A stretch of DNA of 64,000 nucleotides, from positions 117,304,001-117,368,000 of the forward strand of contig OZ024743.1 in assembly GCA_964016885.1 (NCBI GenBank). Reading direction: 5' to 3'. The stretch is from Eledone cirrhosa (taxonomy: Eukaryota). Under the pieces are notes generated by a model that was not told the DNA's origin, ran no database searches, and was given only the letters and a program-made list of their open reading frames with translations. The position numbers and the translations under genes were made by a program. Of this stretch, positions 28,204-41,769 are shown one piece after another (within the stretch, counting starts at the first letter, position 1; every line of letters starts with the position of its first letter).

Positions 28204-29075
28204 TGAGGGTGCTTCAAAACGTTCGTGGAAAGGGGACAAAGCTAAGAATCATATGCAGAGATTTTGATCTCAATGCACGTTCTCTGTACATTCTCGTACT
28301 AACGTGTCATAACATGTTCTAACATGAATCTTTAAATGCATGTTGCAAAGCGGCGGTGTCAGCACCCACTTGAGCACATGTCCTCTATCAAAATTGAGGC
28401 CAGGACAAACATCAAATTCATGGTGATGCTAGCCTAATAATAAACTCTCTGGAGCAAGCTTACGGCGACATGCCCGTAATAACCACTGAATCAGTAGTCG
28501 ACACACTCAACATCCCCATGGGTTCTGTACACGCTATTCTGGTGGAGAGGTTAGGGCTGAGCAAGCTTTCCGCTCGATGTGTCCTAAATCTGTTGCGCTC
28601 AGATCAGCAGAAAACAAGGGCAGAAATTTCAATGGAAATTCTGAACAAGTGGGCTGAAGACCCTGAAGCTTTTCTGCAGAAATGTTTTACAGGGGATGAA
28701 AGGTGGTTCTGCCAGAACGATCCCGAGGACAAAACTCAATCGAAGCAGTGGCTGCCCAGGGGCGGACCTGGACTAGTCAAGGCAACATCGGAGCGTTCAA
28801 GAGGAAAGGTCATGGCCATTGTCTTCTGGAATGCAGATGGGACTTTGCTATTTGAATTCCCTGAGAAAAAGAGAACAATTACGCTGCATATTATGAATGC
28901 GTTTAGAGAAATCTGGCAAAGAAAATCGCGGGAAGAACGCCAGGGGAAGCTGTATCGGCGTGTCCTTTTCCACCACGACAATGCACCCGCTCATAGCGCT
29001 CGGTAGACACGAGATGTGTTACGTGAATTTCGATGGGAAATCATCCGACACAATCATGATTTAGCCCCATCCGGT
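28204..29075 (+). mobile_element. Degenerate mariner (Tc1/mariner) transposon
   Basis: ORF 28470-29006 with TGDERWFCQNDPEDKTQSKQW, KVMAIVFW and LFHHDNAPAHSA; TA + tgagggtgcttcaaaa left end; no right TIR seen. Confidence 0.85.
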
Positions 29076-29211
29076 GAAACTTTGAATAACATACTGTTAA
29101 ATTCTGTATTTATGTAAAATAATTGCATTGCGTTTAGGTTTCGCTTCTACATCAAACGTTAATAAATATTGCAGTATATCTATCTATCTCTCTATCTATC
29201 TCTAAATATAC

Positions 29212-29368
<157 letters not shown>

Positions 29369-31018
29369 CGTCTGCATTTGCGTGTGTTTCTGTGCGTGTA
29401 CAACTGTACATCCATGGTTCGTTATCCATTCCTTGTATCGAGCGAATTGATTTTTTTCAAACATGAAAACCACACAAATTATAACACGGCTAATTTATTA
29501 TATATTTACACAATGTTCTAATATTCAAGTTTTAAGTTAGATTTCATAAGTGTAATTTTGAATTTTAATCATCTTAAAGTGGTAGGGTCAATTGCAAAAT
29601 ATGTAATCATAGGAGCTAAGAAATCGGATCAGTTGATAGTGGCAATAAATAAAATGGTGAAAATATACATTGTTATTTTGGTTATTGATCGCCTTGTTGC
29701 CGAAAACACACAACAGTTCAATGTTATGTTACATTTCTATCGTTACGATAGTAGCCTTTTCCCTTTTAAGTCTTAGCCATCCGTTCTTTGACATAAGCTA
29801 GTTTAGGTTTTAAGAAGGTCGCGAAAATATTCATGCATAAATATACCGGACATATAACATTTTCTTTGTTTAACACATTCAGTAGAATTATTCACTTCTT
29901 TTATACAACGAAGATATTTTGTTTCATAACATGGCTAATTTATTTCATAATTATTCAATACTGCATACATGTCAAAGGTAAATAGGGAAAATCAACATTG
30001 AATTGTATATTGTTTTGTTTTTTTTTCAAGTTTTTCATATTGCGATCGAAATCAAAAAAGGCTTTAAAGTCTATTATACCATAACATGTTCTTAACCTTT
30101 ATATATTTAAACATACAGTGGCGGCTAAAATATATGAATATGTCCTTTACTACACCATAGTAACTCAGATAAACACTGCTGGTAGGTCAGTAATTTATTT
30201 AACAACAATAACTCTCAAGAATGTATATCTGGTATATTAAAAAACACTTAGTGATAGCGGTTTAAAAGAAACTTGATAGTGTTTAGTTAAAGTAGGTAAG
30301 CGGTTGTTGACGAAAGCGTAATTTGTTTGGAATTATAGTCCAACTGATCCTTCTTTTCGTCTTCAGTGAGGCTGTATAAACAAAGAACAACATTTAAGAC
30401 TGACCAAAATTGCTGTGGTATCTTACTTTGTTTGCACATGCAGTAACGGCTAAAATGTATAGGTTTGTCCTATAGTATACCATAATACCATAAAATTGTA
30501 CACATGTCACCTATGTTTCGGTCGATGGTAATGATGTTTAGCCTCAGTTCAGCTTCGATACAACAGTCATTTTTGTCTTTTTATATATCAGAGTCACTAA
30601 ATTGTCAGACGAGAGAGAACCGGAGATAGAGAGAAGAATATAGAGGGTAAGTGAAAGAAAGAAAGAAAAAAACAAAAAAGGATGAACAAAGAAATACTGA
30701 ATAGAAAGAGAGAAATCAGAATAGCACAACATAAATGGATAAATAAATAAACAAATAAATAAATAAATAAAGTAAGCGAAAAAAATGTCATAAAGTATAA
30801 AGGCAAACTTAGATTCCGACTATATCAAAGATCACACATCCTTGTCGACTAACAACTATTTTTTCCTTTCCGTCATGGCTGCTTATAAAATAAACAATAT
30901 GTAAGATACGAGGTCTTTAGGCATCAGTTCTCTTGAGCCCTTTCTGTTTTCATAAGGTTCAATGTGTATGTATGTATATGTGTGTGTATACATAAACACA
31001 TACATACATACTTCCATA

Positions 31019-31105
<87 letters not shown>

Positions 31106-31837
31106 GTGTGTGTGTGTGTGTGTGTGCGTGTGTGCTGCGAGGGAAATATGTATTTAAATATAAACACTAGGATTGAGACCTTTTAGCACTGATTGAAATA
31201 TATATCGACTGAAACGTTGTTTTTATAATATAAATAATACGGCAGAGAGAAGCAATAACGATACCAACATCAATAAAAATTAACACAAACACAATAACTA
31301 ATCTAACGATGAAACCTCTACGTGATTGCTTGATTTGCTAGAAAAAGCAGTTAATTCTTTCTAAGATCACAGTTCTAAAATTAAGACACTTTTGAGAATA
31401 TAGCTCCCTGTTAAAACACGGCATAGTCATGGCTGCAACGCTTGTACGTGATAGCACTGTTTGATCGAGACAGAATTTTAATAACAACCAACAACAATAT
31501 TTAAAATGGTTTCTAATTTAGGGACAATTCCAACAATTTCTTTGGAGAACAACGTCGACTACATCCACATAAGTACTTGAGTCATGTTATCGATCTCAGA
31601 AAGATGAAAGCAAAGTTGACTGTAGGGGCATTTGAACCCTGAAAGTAAATTGTCGGAGCAAATACTGCACATTATTTTTCCGACGGTTTACAGACACTAC
31701 AACTATACAACGTTGATAATATTTATCATGGCTTCTAAATTAGGTACAGCGCTAGAAATGTATATGGTACCTATCGGCCCCATTAAAATGAAAGGCAAAT
31801 TGACTTCAGTGGAATTTGACCTCGGAAAGGGCCTTGG

Positions 31838-32022
31838 ATGGATTGGCAGTATCAGTAGAGCGTCTGACACCATGCTTTGCGGCATAGAGTTATGGTTCTT
31901 TACGTTCTGAGTTCAAATCCCACCGAGGTTAAGTTGCTTTTCACTCTTATGGGGTCGGTAAAATAAACATCCAGTAATGCGCTGGGGTATTTGCTGGACT
32001 TGAGCCAAAAGTAGGAACAAAT
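31838..32022 (+). mobile_element. tRNA-derived SINE
   Basis: Diverged copy of the 12141 family. Confidence 0.8.
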
Positions 32023-32024
32023 AT

Positions 32025-32851
32025 TTACAGATGTAGAGGTCCACAGACATGGAACTGGTTAAAAAGAGGAGAACTTTAAAAAGCTACAGAAGGAATGCTA
32101 ATGGCTGCGCAAGAGCAAGCCCTCAGAACGAAGTGGGTGAAACACCAAATTGACAAGGAGAAGGCTAGCTCACTGTGTAGGATCTGCGGGGAGAGAGAGA
32201 GGATACTGTGGCTCACATTGTATCCGAGTGTAAACACCTAGCCCAGACTCACTATAAAGGCTGGAGACATGATGTGATAGGCAGGGTGATCCACTGGCAT
32301 TTATGCAAAGTAAACAATTTACCACATTCTGAGAAGTGGTATGAGCATAAGCCAGAGTCGGTGATAGAAAATGATCAGGTGAAGGTGCTATGGGATTTTA
32401 GGATACAGACGGACAAGAAATTAGAACACAATAGGCCTGACCTGGTAGTTTTGGACAAGGAAAAAAGATCGTGCCTGATTGTAGATGTAGCCTGCCCATT
32501 TGTCACGAGAGTGCAAGAAAAGGAGAGAGCGGACATTAACCGAAACCAGGACTTAAAGTGGGAGGTAAAAAGCATTTGGAACTGCCATGATATCAAGGTC
32601 GTCCCGATTACCATAGGCGCACTAGGCACTATCTCAAAGAGTTTCCAGGGATGGTTAAAGAAGATTAGTCCAGCCCCGCTTTTTGGAACACTTCAAAAGG
32701 CATGCTTGCTGGCAACAGCAAGCACCCTCCGATAAGTCTTGAATGTCTGAGGTTGCAGGTAGCGGCTTTTATATTCATTTCAACAAACTTTCCAGTTAAA
32801 TAACATCAATGACTGAGACTCAAAAACAACAACAACAGCAACAACAACAAC

Positions 32852-32898
<47 letters not shown>
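32025..32898 (+). mobile_element. 3' part of an R4/Dong-clade non-LTR retrotransposon (CCHC + restriction-like endonuclease)
   Basis: AAQEQALRT, CRICGE..VAHIVSEC, RHD, VLWDFRIQTD..HNRPDLVV..IVDVACP, IGALG; (AAC)n(AAT)n tail. Confidence 0.9.
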
Positions 32899-34799
32899 GG
32901 ATTTATTTATTAACCACAAGGGTTTACATAAAGTAGACATTAAGGACAGTACAGGACAATACAGGGCGGTACAAATGGGCATTTCTGCGTGTAAAAAAAA
33001 ACAAGAAACAGAGGATCTAATAATAGAACAATGAAAACATTCCCCAATAGGAGGGAGACTTCCGAGAGACATTCGTGGAGAAAGCCCATTAAAAAGCCAC
33101 AGAGACCCTGACCACAAGGGCAAGTGCCCTCTCCCAGTTTTCCACCTTTAATTTACAGACACATACTCAGAGTAGGCCCATTCACTCGGGCCATTCTTGC
33201 CTCTCTCTCACCCATCTTTCAACAAAATGCTGGGAAGAGAGCACTTCCCTTTCCACCCTGAGTTTCCTGATACCGTTTCCTACTCCTCGTCGTCACAATC
33301 TGTCTCCAGTTGCGATAGGTCGGGGAGTGGAACATCCTCCACAGGCGTTGGTTTTTGTTGTGGTGGATGGTGTAGTCGCTGGTGCTAGTTCTGGCGCATT
33401 GGGTGGTGGTGGTGTTGGTTTTCCTACTGTTTCTGGGGTTGTTGCTGTTACAGTTGCTTCTGTTGTTGCTGCTATAGTTGTTGCTGCCATTTCTGCTGCT
33501 GGTGGTGTTGATGGTTGAGTCACTGGAGTGGGTAAGAGAGGTGGCCTCAACCTTTTAGCCTGAGGGCAGAAAGCCCTTAGGTGTGTTCCTTCACCACAAA
33601 CGACACACCTAGGCCTTCTGCCATCGACGATTACGGTGAGGTGGCTGCCGTCCGTGAGGTCTATTACCTCTGGGATCTCCTCAATGCTTTTTTGATCCGC
33701 TTGGATCAGGAGCTCCATCCCAGATCCGGACCAGTTCTCCTGCTTTTCTTTTGCAATTTCGATGATCTTGGTGTTGGCCTCGATGCCGGCGAGGACGGCA
33801 GCCATTAGCCAAAGAATTTCGATGGCCGGTGGAACGTGTGTAACCCTGATCTTCACGAGTCTCTGGCCACAATAGCTTGGGACGAGTGTGAAGTCGTCAC
33901 TCCTTAATGGGGCCATGGAGTGTTCTCTGGCCTCATGTGGTGTTCCAAAGAACACGTCCACGGTTCCATATTTCTGCCCACGTCTGATGTGGGTTTTTTT
34001 CGCCCACACATGTCCCAAAGCTTTTTGGATATGGGACTCGAATGCCCCTTCCACTCGGCCTGATTTTTTGTTAATCGTCCGATAAGACACGGTGTATAGG
34101 CGTCGATGCTCCATTTTATTAGTTGGGGTTGAGGCTTACCCTGCACCCATCTTTCTTTACCATTCTCTTGGCTTCATCTAATTCCTCCTGAGTTACCTGG
34201 ATTGCTTCGCACTTTTTTGCTGCTTTGGCAAAAGACACGGTGGGTTTTGAGTTATACTCATTGTTGTTGTTGCTGTTGTTGTTATCGTCATTTTTGTTAT
34301 TGTTATTTTTATTTTCAGTTGTGGTGGTGGTGGCGTCAGTGGTGTTCGGTGTGGAAGAGTCCATTCTGGGTGAATCCATTTCGATGTCACGAGATAATTT
34401 ATTTTTTTCTTTTGTTTCTGTTGTCGCTGTGGTGGTGGTGGTGCGGGGGTGGCGGCTTCAACAATGTTACTGCTTATATTTTTAGTTTTGGCAAACGTAG
34501 TAATATTTACAATGGTGGTATTGGTGTGAGGTGTTAGTTTGTGAGGTAGGCTCTCAGCTGCTTGGCGTAACTGTGAGTCGTCCATGGTTTTTTCAAAGAA
34601 ATATTTTGTTTGATAATTATAAAAGTTTAAATTTCGGGCTCAAGGCCCCAATCCTTTTGAGTGTCCTTTTTAGAAAGCAATGTATGTGCACTTATAAACT
34701 GTTAACAATAAAAATTGTCCAAAAATGGCAATTTTAAACTACTGAAAACAACAAACCTTTGCGGATCTCACGACAATACGATTTCCTACGTAGGTCGCC
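32899..34799 (-). mobile_element. Tx1 (L1-clade) element keeping ORF1 with ORF2 almost entirely deleted
   Basis: Frameshifted ORF1 with SFAKAAK and zinc knuckle CVVCGEGTHLRAFC; then ORF2 end ERWVREARMARVNGPTLSMCL* resembling the ORF2 end at 48660-48720; flanked by (AAT)n. Confidence 0.75.
33293..34114 (-). pseudogene. Tx1-type ORF1 (gag-like zinc-knuckle protein), C-terminal part
   Basis: 273-aa ORF with DGRRPRCVVCGEGTHLRAFCP and Pro/Thr-rich tail; upstream part lies in other frames (34119-34585). Confidence 0.75.
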
Positions 34800-34804
34800 A
34801 ATAA

Positions 34805-34880
<76 letters not shown>

Positions 34881-34881
<1 letters not shown>

Positions 34882-35207
34882 TTTTCTTTATTAACCACAA
34901 GGGTTGACATAAAGTTTAACATCAAGGACAGTACACGAAGGTATAAATGGGCATTTCTGCGTGTAAAAAACAAACAAAAACAAAATTATATATATAAGAA
35001 ACAAAAACAAAGGATGTAACAAAAAAAAATCAAACAAGGAAAAATTCTCCAATAGGAGGGAGACTTCCGAGTGTCACTCGTGAAGAATGCCCCCCCCCAA
35101 AAAAAAAAGACACGGTCACCCTGACCGCTAGGGCAAACGCCCTCTTCTAATTTTCCTCCTACGATATTACAGGCATACACTCAGGGAAGGCCCATTCATA
35201 CGAGCCA
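34881..35207 (-). mobile_element. 5'-truncated Tx1 3' end
   Basis: Similar to 32899-33195 (ttattaaccacaaggg...ccaataggagggagacttccgag...ggcccattca). Confidence 0.8.
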
Positions 35208-35215
35208 AATAATAA

Positions 35216-35432
35216 TAGTTTCTAATTTAGGTACTATGCCAGCAATTTAAAGAGGACGGAAAAGTCGATTAAATCGACCCCAGTTCATTACTGGTGCTTT
35301 ATTTTATCGACCCCGTAAGGATGAAAGACAAAGTTAACCTCGGCGGGATTTGAACTCAGACCGAAAAGGAACGTGACTCGATGCTGCAAAGCATGTTGCC
35401 CTACGTTCTACTGATACTACCAATTCACTACC
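35216..35432 (-). mobile_element. tRNA-derived SINE
   Basis: Same core as the 12141 family. Confidence 0.85.
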
Positions 35433-35714
35433 AAATAGTAATAATAATAATGGTTTCATTTATTGGCCACAAAGACTGATATATAAGCGACAATATAATA
35501 GACGGGGACAGTGGGGTTTTTATACAAAAATCGAGTAAAAATAGGTAAACAATAACATTGAACAAGAAAAATACAACAATGGGACATTACAAAACATAGA
35601 CACTAAGGATAGATTGAAAATAAAATACAACACTAAGGGAAAAGAGCTAAATGTAATCATAGAGTAATTTAAGCAACGCACTTTAGCAAAAAAGTGCAAA
35701 GATTAAACGATATG

Positions 35715-35925
35715 AGAACAGAGTTAGTATCGACGGACGATCTAAAACTCTTTGGGAAAAGTGAGAATTTATATGGAATGTATGGGATTTGGGGTCAATA
35801 AGTGTGGATTCCTGGTGATGAAGAGGGGTAAATTAAACAGAAGCAACGGAATCCAGGTACCAACAGGTGAGATGATAAAGGAAATCGACACTGATATGGG
35901 TGTTCTGGAGGCAGATGACATCAAG
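35715..35925 (+). pseudogene. R4/Dong-type reverse transcriptase fragment
   Basis: DDLKLFGK; MGFGVNKCGFLVMKRGK...IKEID..GVLEADDIK. Confidence 0.7.
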
Positions 35926-36175
35926 AATGGCCCATTCATAAGGCCATTCTTGCCTCTCTCACCCATCTTTCAACAAATTGACTGGAAAGCAGCACTTTCG
36001 TCTCCACTCTGATATTCCTTTTCAGGTGAAAACTGAAAAAAGTTAATGAGAGCATCGCTGAAGACGAAAGTACTCGTTTTTAACCCTTTCAGACGCGTCC
36101 ACCATACCACCTCTTTCACCATGGCCACTAGGCAGATAAAACCTCCCTGCCCTTCCTGGGCGAGTGAATCGGCAA
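35926..36175 (-). mobile_element. Tx1 ORF2 C-terminal fragment
   Basis: Matches 33175-33265; minus strand reads ..VKEVVWWTRLKGL.., as does ORF 48400-48669. Confidence 0.75.
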
Positions 36176-36189
36176 CGACTTATTTTTCC

Positions 36190-37451
36190 GTATACAGTGG
36201 CATGGAGTGAGGGGACCCTCGGAGTTACACATAAGCACTTATCAGCCGTTTATTTTTATAGAAAAGCAACCGCTTGGAATCGTAAAGAAATGCTTGTTTT
36301 CCTAGGATTATTCGTATGTTTTCAACTAAGCTGACATCCGACATGCTTGCACACGCATTATTCTCCAAAAATGGAATGTGGGGAGGGGAAACCCTCAGAA
36401 TCTCCCAGCCTCGGAGATTTCTTCAGTGTGAATAACAGATGCGTGAAGTGAGGGGAACACCCAGAGTTACGAATAAGCCTCTCTCGTCCGTTTAAATTAA
36501 TAGAAAACCAATCCCTTCATATTGAAGGATGTTTTAGCCTTCATCATTTTGTACGGTTTTTGAAAGAGGTGTAAGCTCAATTAATTAAGTGTTCCCCAAA
36601 TTCCAGATCGACCATTACAATGGGGAATGGCTGTGTAAAAAAGTATTCCTTGTCCCCAAAACATCACAGTGAAGGCCATCAACAACATCTCTCACAAATG
36701 ATCACTGGAGTTAGCCAGACATAAATCTATCGATAAAGTTGTTGGCGGGGACGATGCTATCCATTATTCCGTTGGATTTCTCAACAATCTGGAATTTCTC
36801 AACAATCTGGAATTTCTCAACAATCTTTATGTTGCTACATAATCTTGAATTGAAGAAGGGCGCATTCACCATGCTTCTCAGAAATTAAGATCAGCCAAGA
36901 TTGTACAATGGGGAAAGGTATTGTTAAGACTGAACTAATGCCTTACATTATCGAAGCCAATATCCTCACTGGGTGTGATAAGGGAGAAATCATATGTATA
37001 CCTAGAATGCGGTTAATACCAATAGATATCCTTTTTCATTCCTCATGGTTGCAATTCTCAGTGAGAGTCAGTTATGCAATGACTAAGATTAAACCCTACA
37101 GGTTGTCGGTACCATCTAGAAGAGGGCTGTTTTTCACATGGTGCATTGTGTGTAGATTAGTCCAGAGTAGGAAGACCCCACAAACTCTTCATTTATTCTC
37201 AAAAAAAAATATTACAAACATTGTATATACTGAAGTTCTGTTTCATAGGATACACTTTTTCTGTTATTTTCTTTATTTATTTCTGTATTTAGATATTCTA
37301 AATAATGTTTTGAATTATAATTATGCAATATTTAAATATATTTTACATATTTTATTCTAATAAAAATGGACACCATGACAGATGAAAATAGGTGCCTTAT
37401 GAATAGATTTGGACACAGTTCAGACAGGGGCGAATGCCGGGAGGACACTAG
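36190..37451 (+). mobile_element. Degenerate Helitron (PIF1 helicase C-terminus, 3' CTAG)
   Basis: KSIDKV..FLNNL, HNLELKKGA..MLLRN, RLYNG, IIEANILTG..KGE...IPRM..LQFSVRVSYAMT; ends GC-rich stretch + CTAG|T; internal direct repeats at 36195-36560. Confidence 0.8.
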
Positions 37452-38216
37452 TATATATATATATAATTATTTTTAACACCAGTAAATCACTATTAGAATT
37501 GTCAAGTCAGGTAAAATATGTATCTTAAGAAAGCCTCTGTTAGTAAAGATAAACATTCAAGAGATTTCCTAGTTATTAGGAGAAATAATGTACTGATGCT
37601 AGTGGTTGGAACCTTCCTGAATTCTCTTGAAAGACATTCAATGTATCCTTAAAAGCGTAGGTCCTTAGTGAAACTATAAAATATCGCAAGGATTTGGTAT
37701 GAATAGCTGAACTGAAAAATTGTTAGTTCTCCTCATATATAAAAGTTTGAAATTCTTTTGTAGAAACTAATTGTCATATAGGAATCTCTTAAGCATATTT
37801 ATAAAACAAAACGAAATATGAACATCCTTCCTATATTTAGCGGTCTGTTGGTTTAAGAGAATTTGACGTAATGTTGACAACTGTTGTCATAATTTATTCT
37901 GAAACATCTGAAATCCGTAAGGCCTTCAGCCTCCCACGCCTACCTATCTCTATTCAACCCTATTTTAATTACGTACAAAAAGTACTGTAATATAAGCAAT
38001 GGCTATGTCGCATAGTGTAATGTGTCTATTTGCCGATTAAAACGTCTCAATCTAACATCCCAGCCAATTTGTAAAACAGCCCAATTTTTATGTTCTATCT
38101 GTGAACTTGCCTGCAGATCATTGGCTGAATAAATATAATATAAAAGGCATAAATATCAGAATTATAAACAAAATTGGCTGTTGGCCACTCATACGTCAAT
38201 ATCGAACGGAGGATAC

Positions 38217-38252
<36 letters not shown>

Positions 38253-39558
38253 CGAGGTGTGTCAGAAAGGTTCCAGGACTGATGTCACGACAGATTTATT
38301 TCAAACCCAAACTTCACACTAAGAGTGTTCTCCTTCAAAGTAATCCCCCTGGAGTCTAATGCACTTTCCACCCTTTTCTGCCACGCTTGCATGCACTCCT
38401 GGAAGGATTCTTCCGGGATCCTCCGCAGTTCCGTTGTCACGGCCTTTTTGATGCCGTCCACGTCTTCAAAACGGGTGCCCTTGATGACCCAATTGAGCTT
38501 GGGGAATAGGAAAAAATCACACGGAGCCAGGTCGGTGGAGTAGGGAGGTTGCTCCAGCACGGCAATGTTCCTATCGGCCAGGAACTGTCGGACGCTCAGG
38601 GCATTGTGAGCAGGCGCGTTGTCATGGTGAAGCAGCCACGAGTTGTCCTGCTACAACTCTCGCCTCTTCTCACGCACTGAACGAAGCAAACGCTGCAGTA
38701 TCTCTTTGTAGACATGTTGGTTGATCGTCTGGCCCCGTGGCTAGAACTCGCAGTGGACGATCACCCTCACATCGAAGATTGTGATCAACATGACCTTGAC
38801 TTTGGACTTAGATTGTCGTGCTTTCTTCAGCCTTGGCGACGACGGACTCTTCCACTGAAGGCTCTGGCGTTTCATTTCCGGGTCGTACTCGAAGATCCAT
38901 GACTCATCACCGGTGATGACTGTCCCTAGCAAGTCTGGTTCGGTTTCAAGACGCTCGAGTATGTCCTGGCACACTTGCATGCGTCGACCCCTCTGGTCAT
39001 TGTTCAGCAGTTTTGGCACCATCTTCGCGCATACTTTCCGCATGTCCAAATCTTCAGTGAGAATCTTTCAGACGCTGTCCCGATTCATGCCCTGACATCA
39101 GTCGAACAGTCAGCCGACGATCGCTACGCACCATCTGCCCGACGCACTCAACGTTGACCACAGTCCTGGTTGTTGAGGGCCTTCCACTCCTGGGGTCATC
39201 TTCCACGACCTCCCGTCCTTCTTAAAACCTCTTGCACTACTCAAAAACACGTGAGCGTGACATCGTCTCAGCTCCATACACTAGCTGCAGCAATCCCAGT
39301 GCTTCTGACGGAGTTTTCCCCAACCGTACCAGAAACTTCAAGTTTGTTCGTTGCTCTGTGCTCATTGCTTAACGACCTGAAACAGAGTACATGTAAATAA
39401 AATTATGAAGAAAAAAGTTTCATCCATCGCTGCAGAGAGTTAAGATTACAGTTACATACTCTAGGGGGATTACTTTGAAGGAGAAAACTCTTATGTGAAG
39501 TTTGGGTTTGAAATAAATCTTTTCTGATATCAGTCCTGGAACTTTTTTGACACACCTC

Positions 39559-39559
<1 letters not shown>
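38253..39559 (-). mobile_element. Full-length-size mariner transposon (defective), TA target duplication
   Basis: TIR cgaggtgtgtca.aaa.gttccaggactgat at both ends; ITGDESWIFEYDPE, LLHHDNAPAH, PYSTDLAPCDFFLFPKL; frameshifts present. Confidence 0.95.
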
Positions 39560-39656
<97 letters not shown>

Positions 39657-39743
39657 TGCTAGGGAAAGGATCAGGGGTGTATAACACTCCACTTATCCAG
39701 CAGGCAGTATGAGGTTAGCTCAATGTCTGAGGACAGAGCCGTA

Positions 39744-40132
<389 letters not shown>

Positions 40133-40153
40133 GGGGGGGGGGGGTAATGTATG

Positions 40154-40202
<49 letters not shown>

Positions 40203-40289
40203 GGGGGGGGGGTAATGTATGTATGTATATATATATATATATATATATACGATATTAACAAATGGAAACTATATTTATAAAACCATATT

Positions 40290-40354
40290 TATTTCATTAT
40301 ACATATTTCAAGGATACCAAGTTAAATTATGGTATGCCTTAATCAGACGAAATA
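40290..40354 (-). ncRNA. Type-I hammerhead ribozyme (family A, core CUGAUUA)
   Basis: tatttcgt-CTGATTA-aggcatacca..tggtatcctt-GAAA-tatgta-TA-atgaaata; lies in the inverted-repeat element 40250-40612. Confidence 0.7.
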
Positions 40355-40610
40355 CAATATATACCAGTTTTATAAATAAACATTGACGTACCCTTTCAAA
40401 ATGCGACCGTTAGTTTTGGAAGACATCAGGTATCCTTGAAATATGGATGACATCAGGTATCCTTGAAATATGTATAATGAAATAAATATGGTTTTATAAA
40501 TATATTTTCCATTTGTTAATATCTTATATCTACTCCAAGTACTTGTCGAGTGCTTTATATCAGTTATAATATATTTACTTGTTGTATCCCAACAATTTAA
40601 ATAGAACTTT

Positions 40611-40668
<58 letters not shown>

Positions 40669-40689
40669 GGTGTGTGTGTGTGATTATGT

Positions 40690-41032
40690 GTGTGTACACA
40701 TAATAATTGTTTCTACTTTCGGCACAAGGCCAGCGATTATCCCCGTGCACAACTGGTGCTTTATTTTAGCAACCCCGTAAGGATGAAAGGCAAAGTTAAC
40801 CTCGACGGGATTTGAACTCAGACTATAAAGGGCCGTAACTTTGTGTGTACACATAATAATTGTTTCTACTTTGGGCACAAGGCCAGCAATTATCCCAGTG
40901 TATTACTGGTACTTTATTTTATCGACCCCGTAAGGATGAAAGGCAAAGTTAACCTCGGCTGGATTTGAACTCAGGCCATAAGGGGCCGTAACCCTTTGCT
41001 GCAAAGCATGGCGTCCGTCCCTCTACTAATAT
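40690..41032 (-). mobile_element. Tandem pair of tRNA-derived SINEs
   Basis: Two copies of the 12141 family, each preceded on the plus strand by tgtgtgtacacataataattg. Confidence 0.85.
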
Positions 41033-41294
41033 TGATCATAATTCCTATGAGTTATTGTTTTGACTTGCCTCTTAATCTAAGGAAAGAGCTTTAGCTTGTG
41101 TCAGACGCTGTGACCCCGTGTTGATTAGTAGTACCATCGATAGTGATCAAAACTGCCATAAGTCCTTCTCGACGGTTGAAGACCTTGGAGTCCTATGCCT
41201 TTCAATTGTATTTCTATATTCAACAACATTTATTTTCGTGATGCCTTGTTTTTATTCATTGTCTTTTCTTTGTGAATTTTCCTAAGGTATATAA

Positions 41295-41490
<196 letters not shown>

Positions 41491-41719
41491 TAGTAGAACA
41501 CTGGTGGGTTATAACCATAGTAGTAGAGCACTCAGACCATGCAGCAAGTTTGGGAGAAATAGTTCCACAACAGTTGATTAATCATTTCTGAGAACAATTT
41601 GTTTCACCTTAGACGGATATTCAGCAAGGTTAAAAAACAATAGCTGATTAACCATCTAAGGTGAAACAAAGGTGAAATAAATTGTTCTCGGAAATGTTGA
41701 ATTAACAATTGTGAAACTA

Positions 41720-41769
<50 letters not shown>

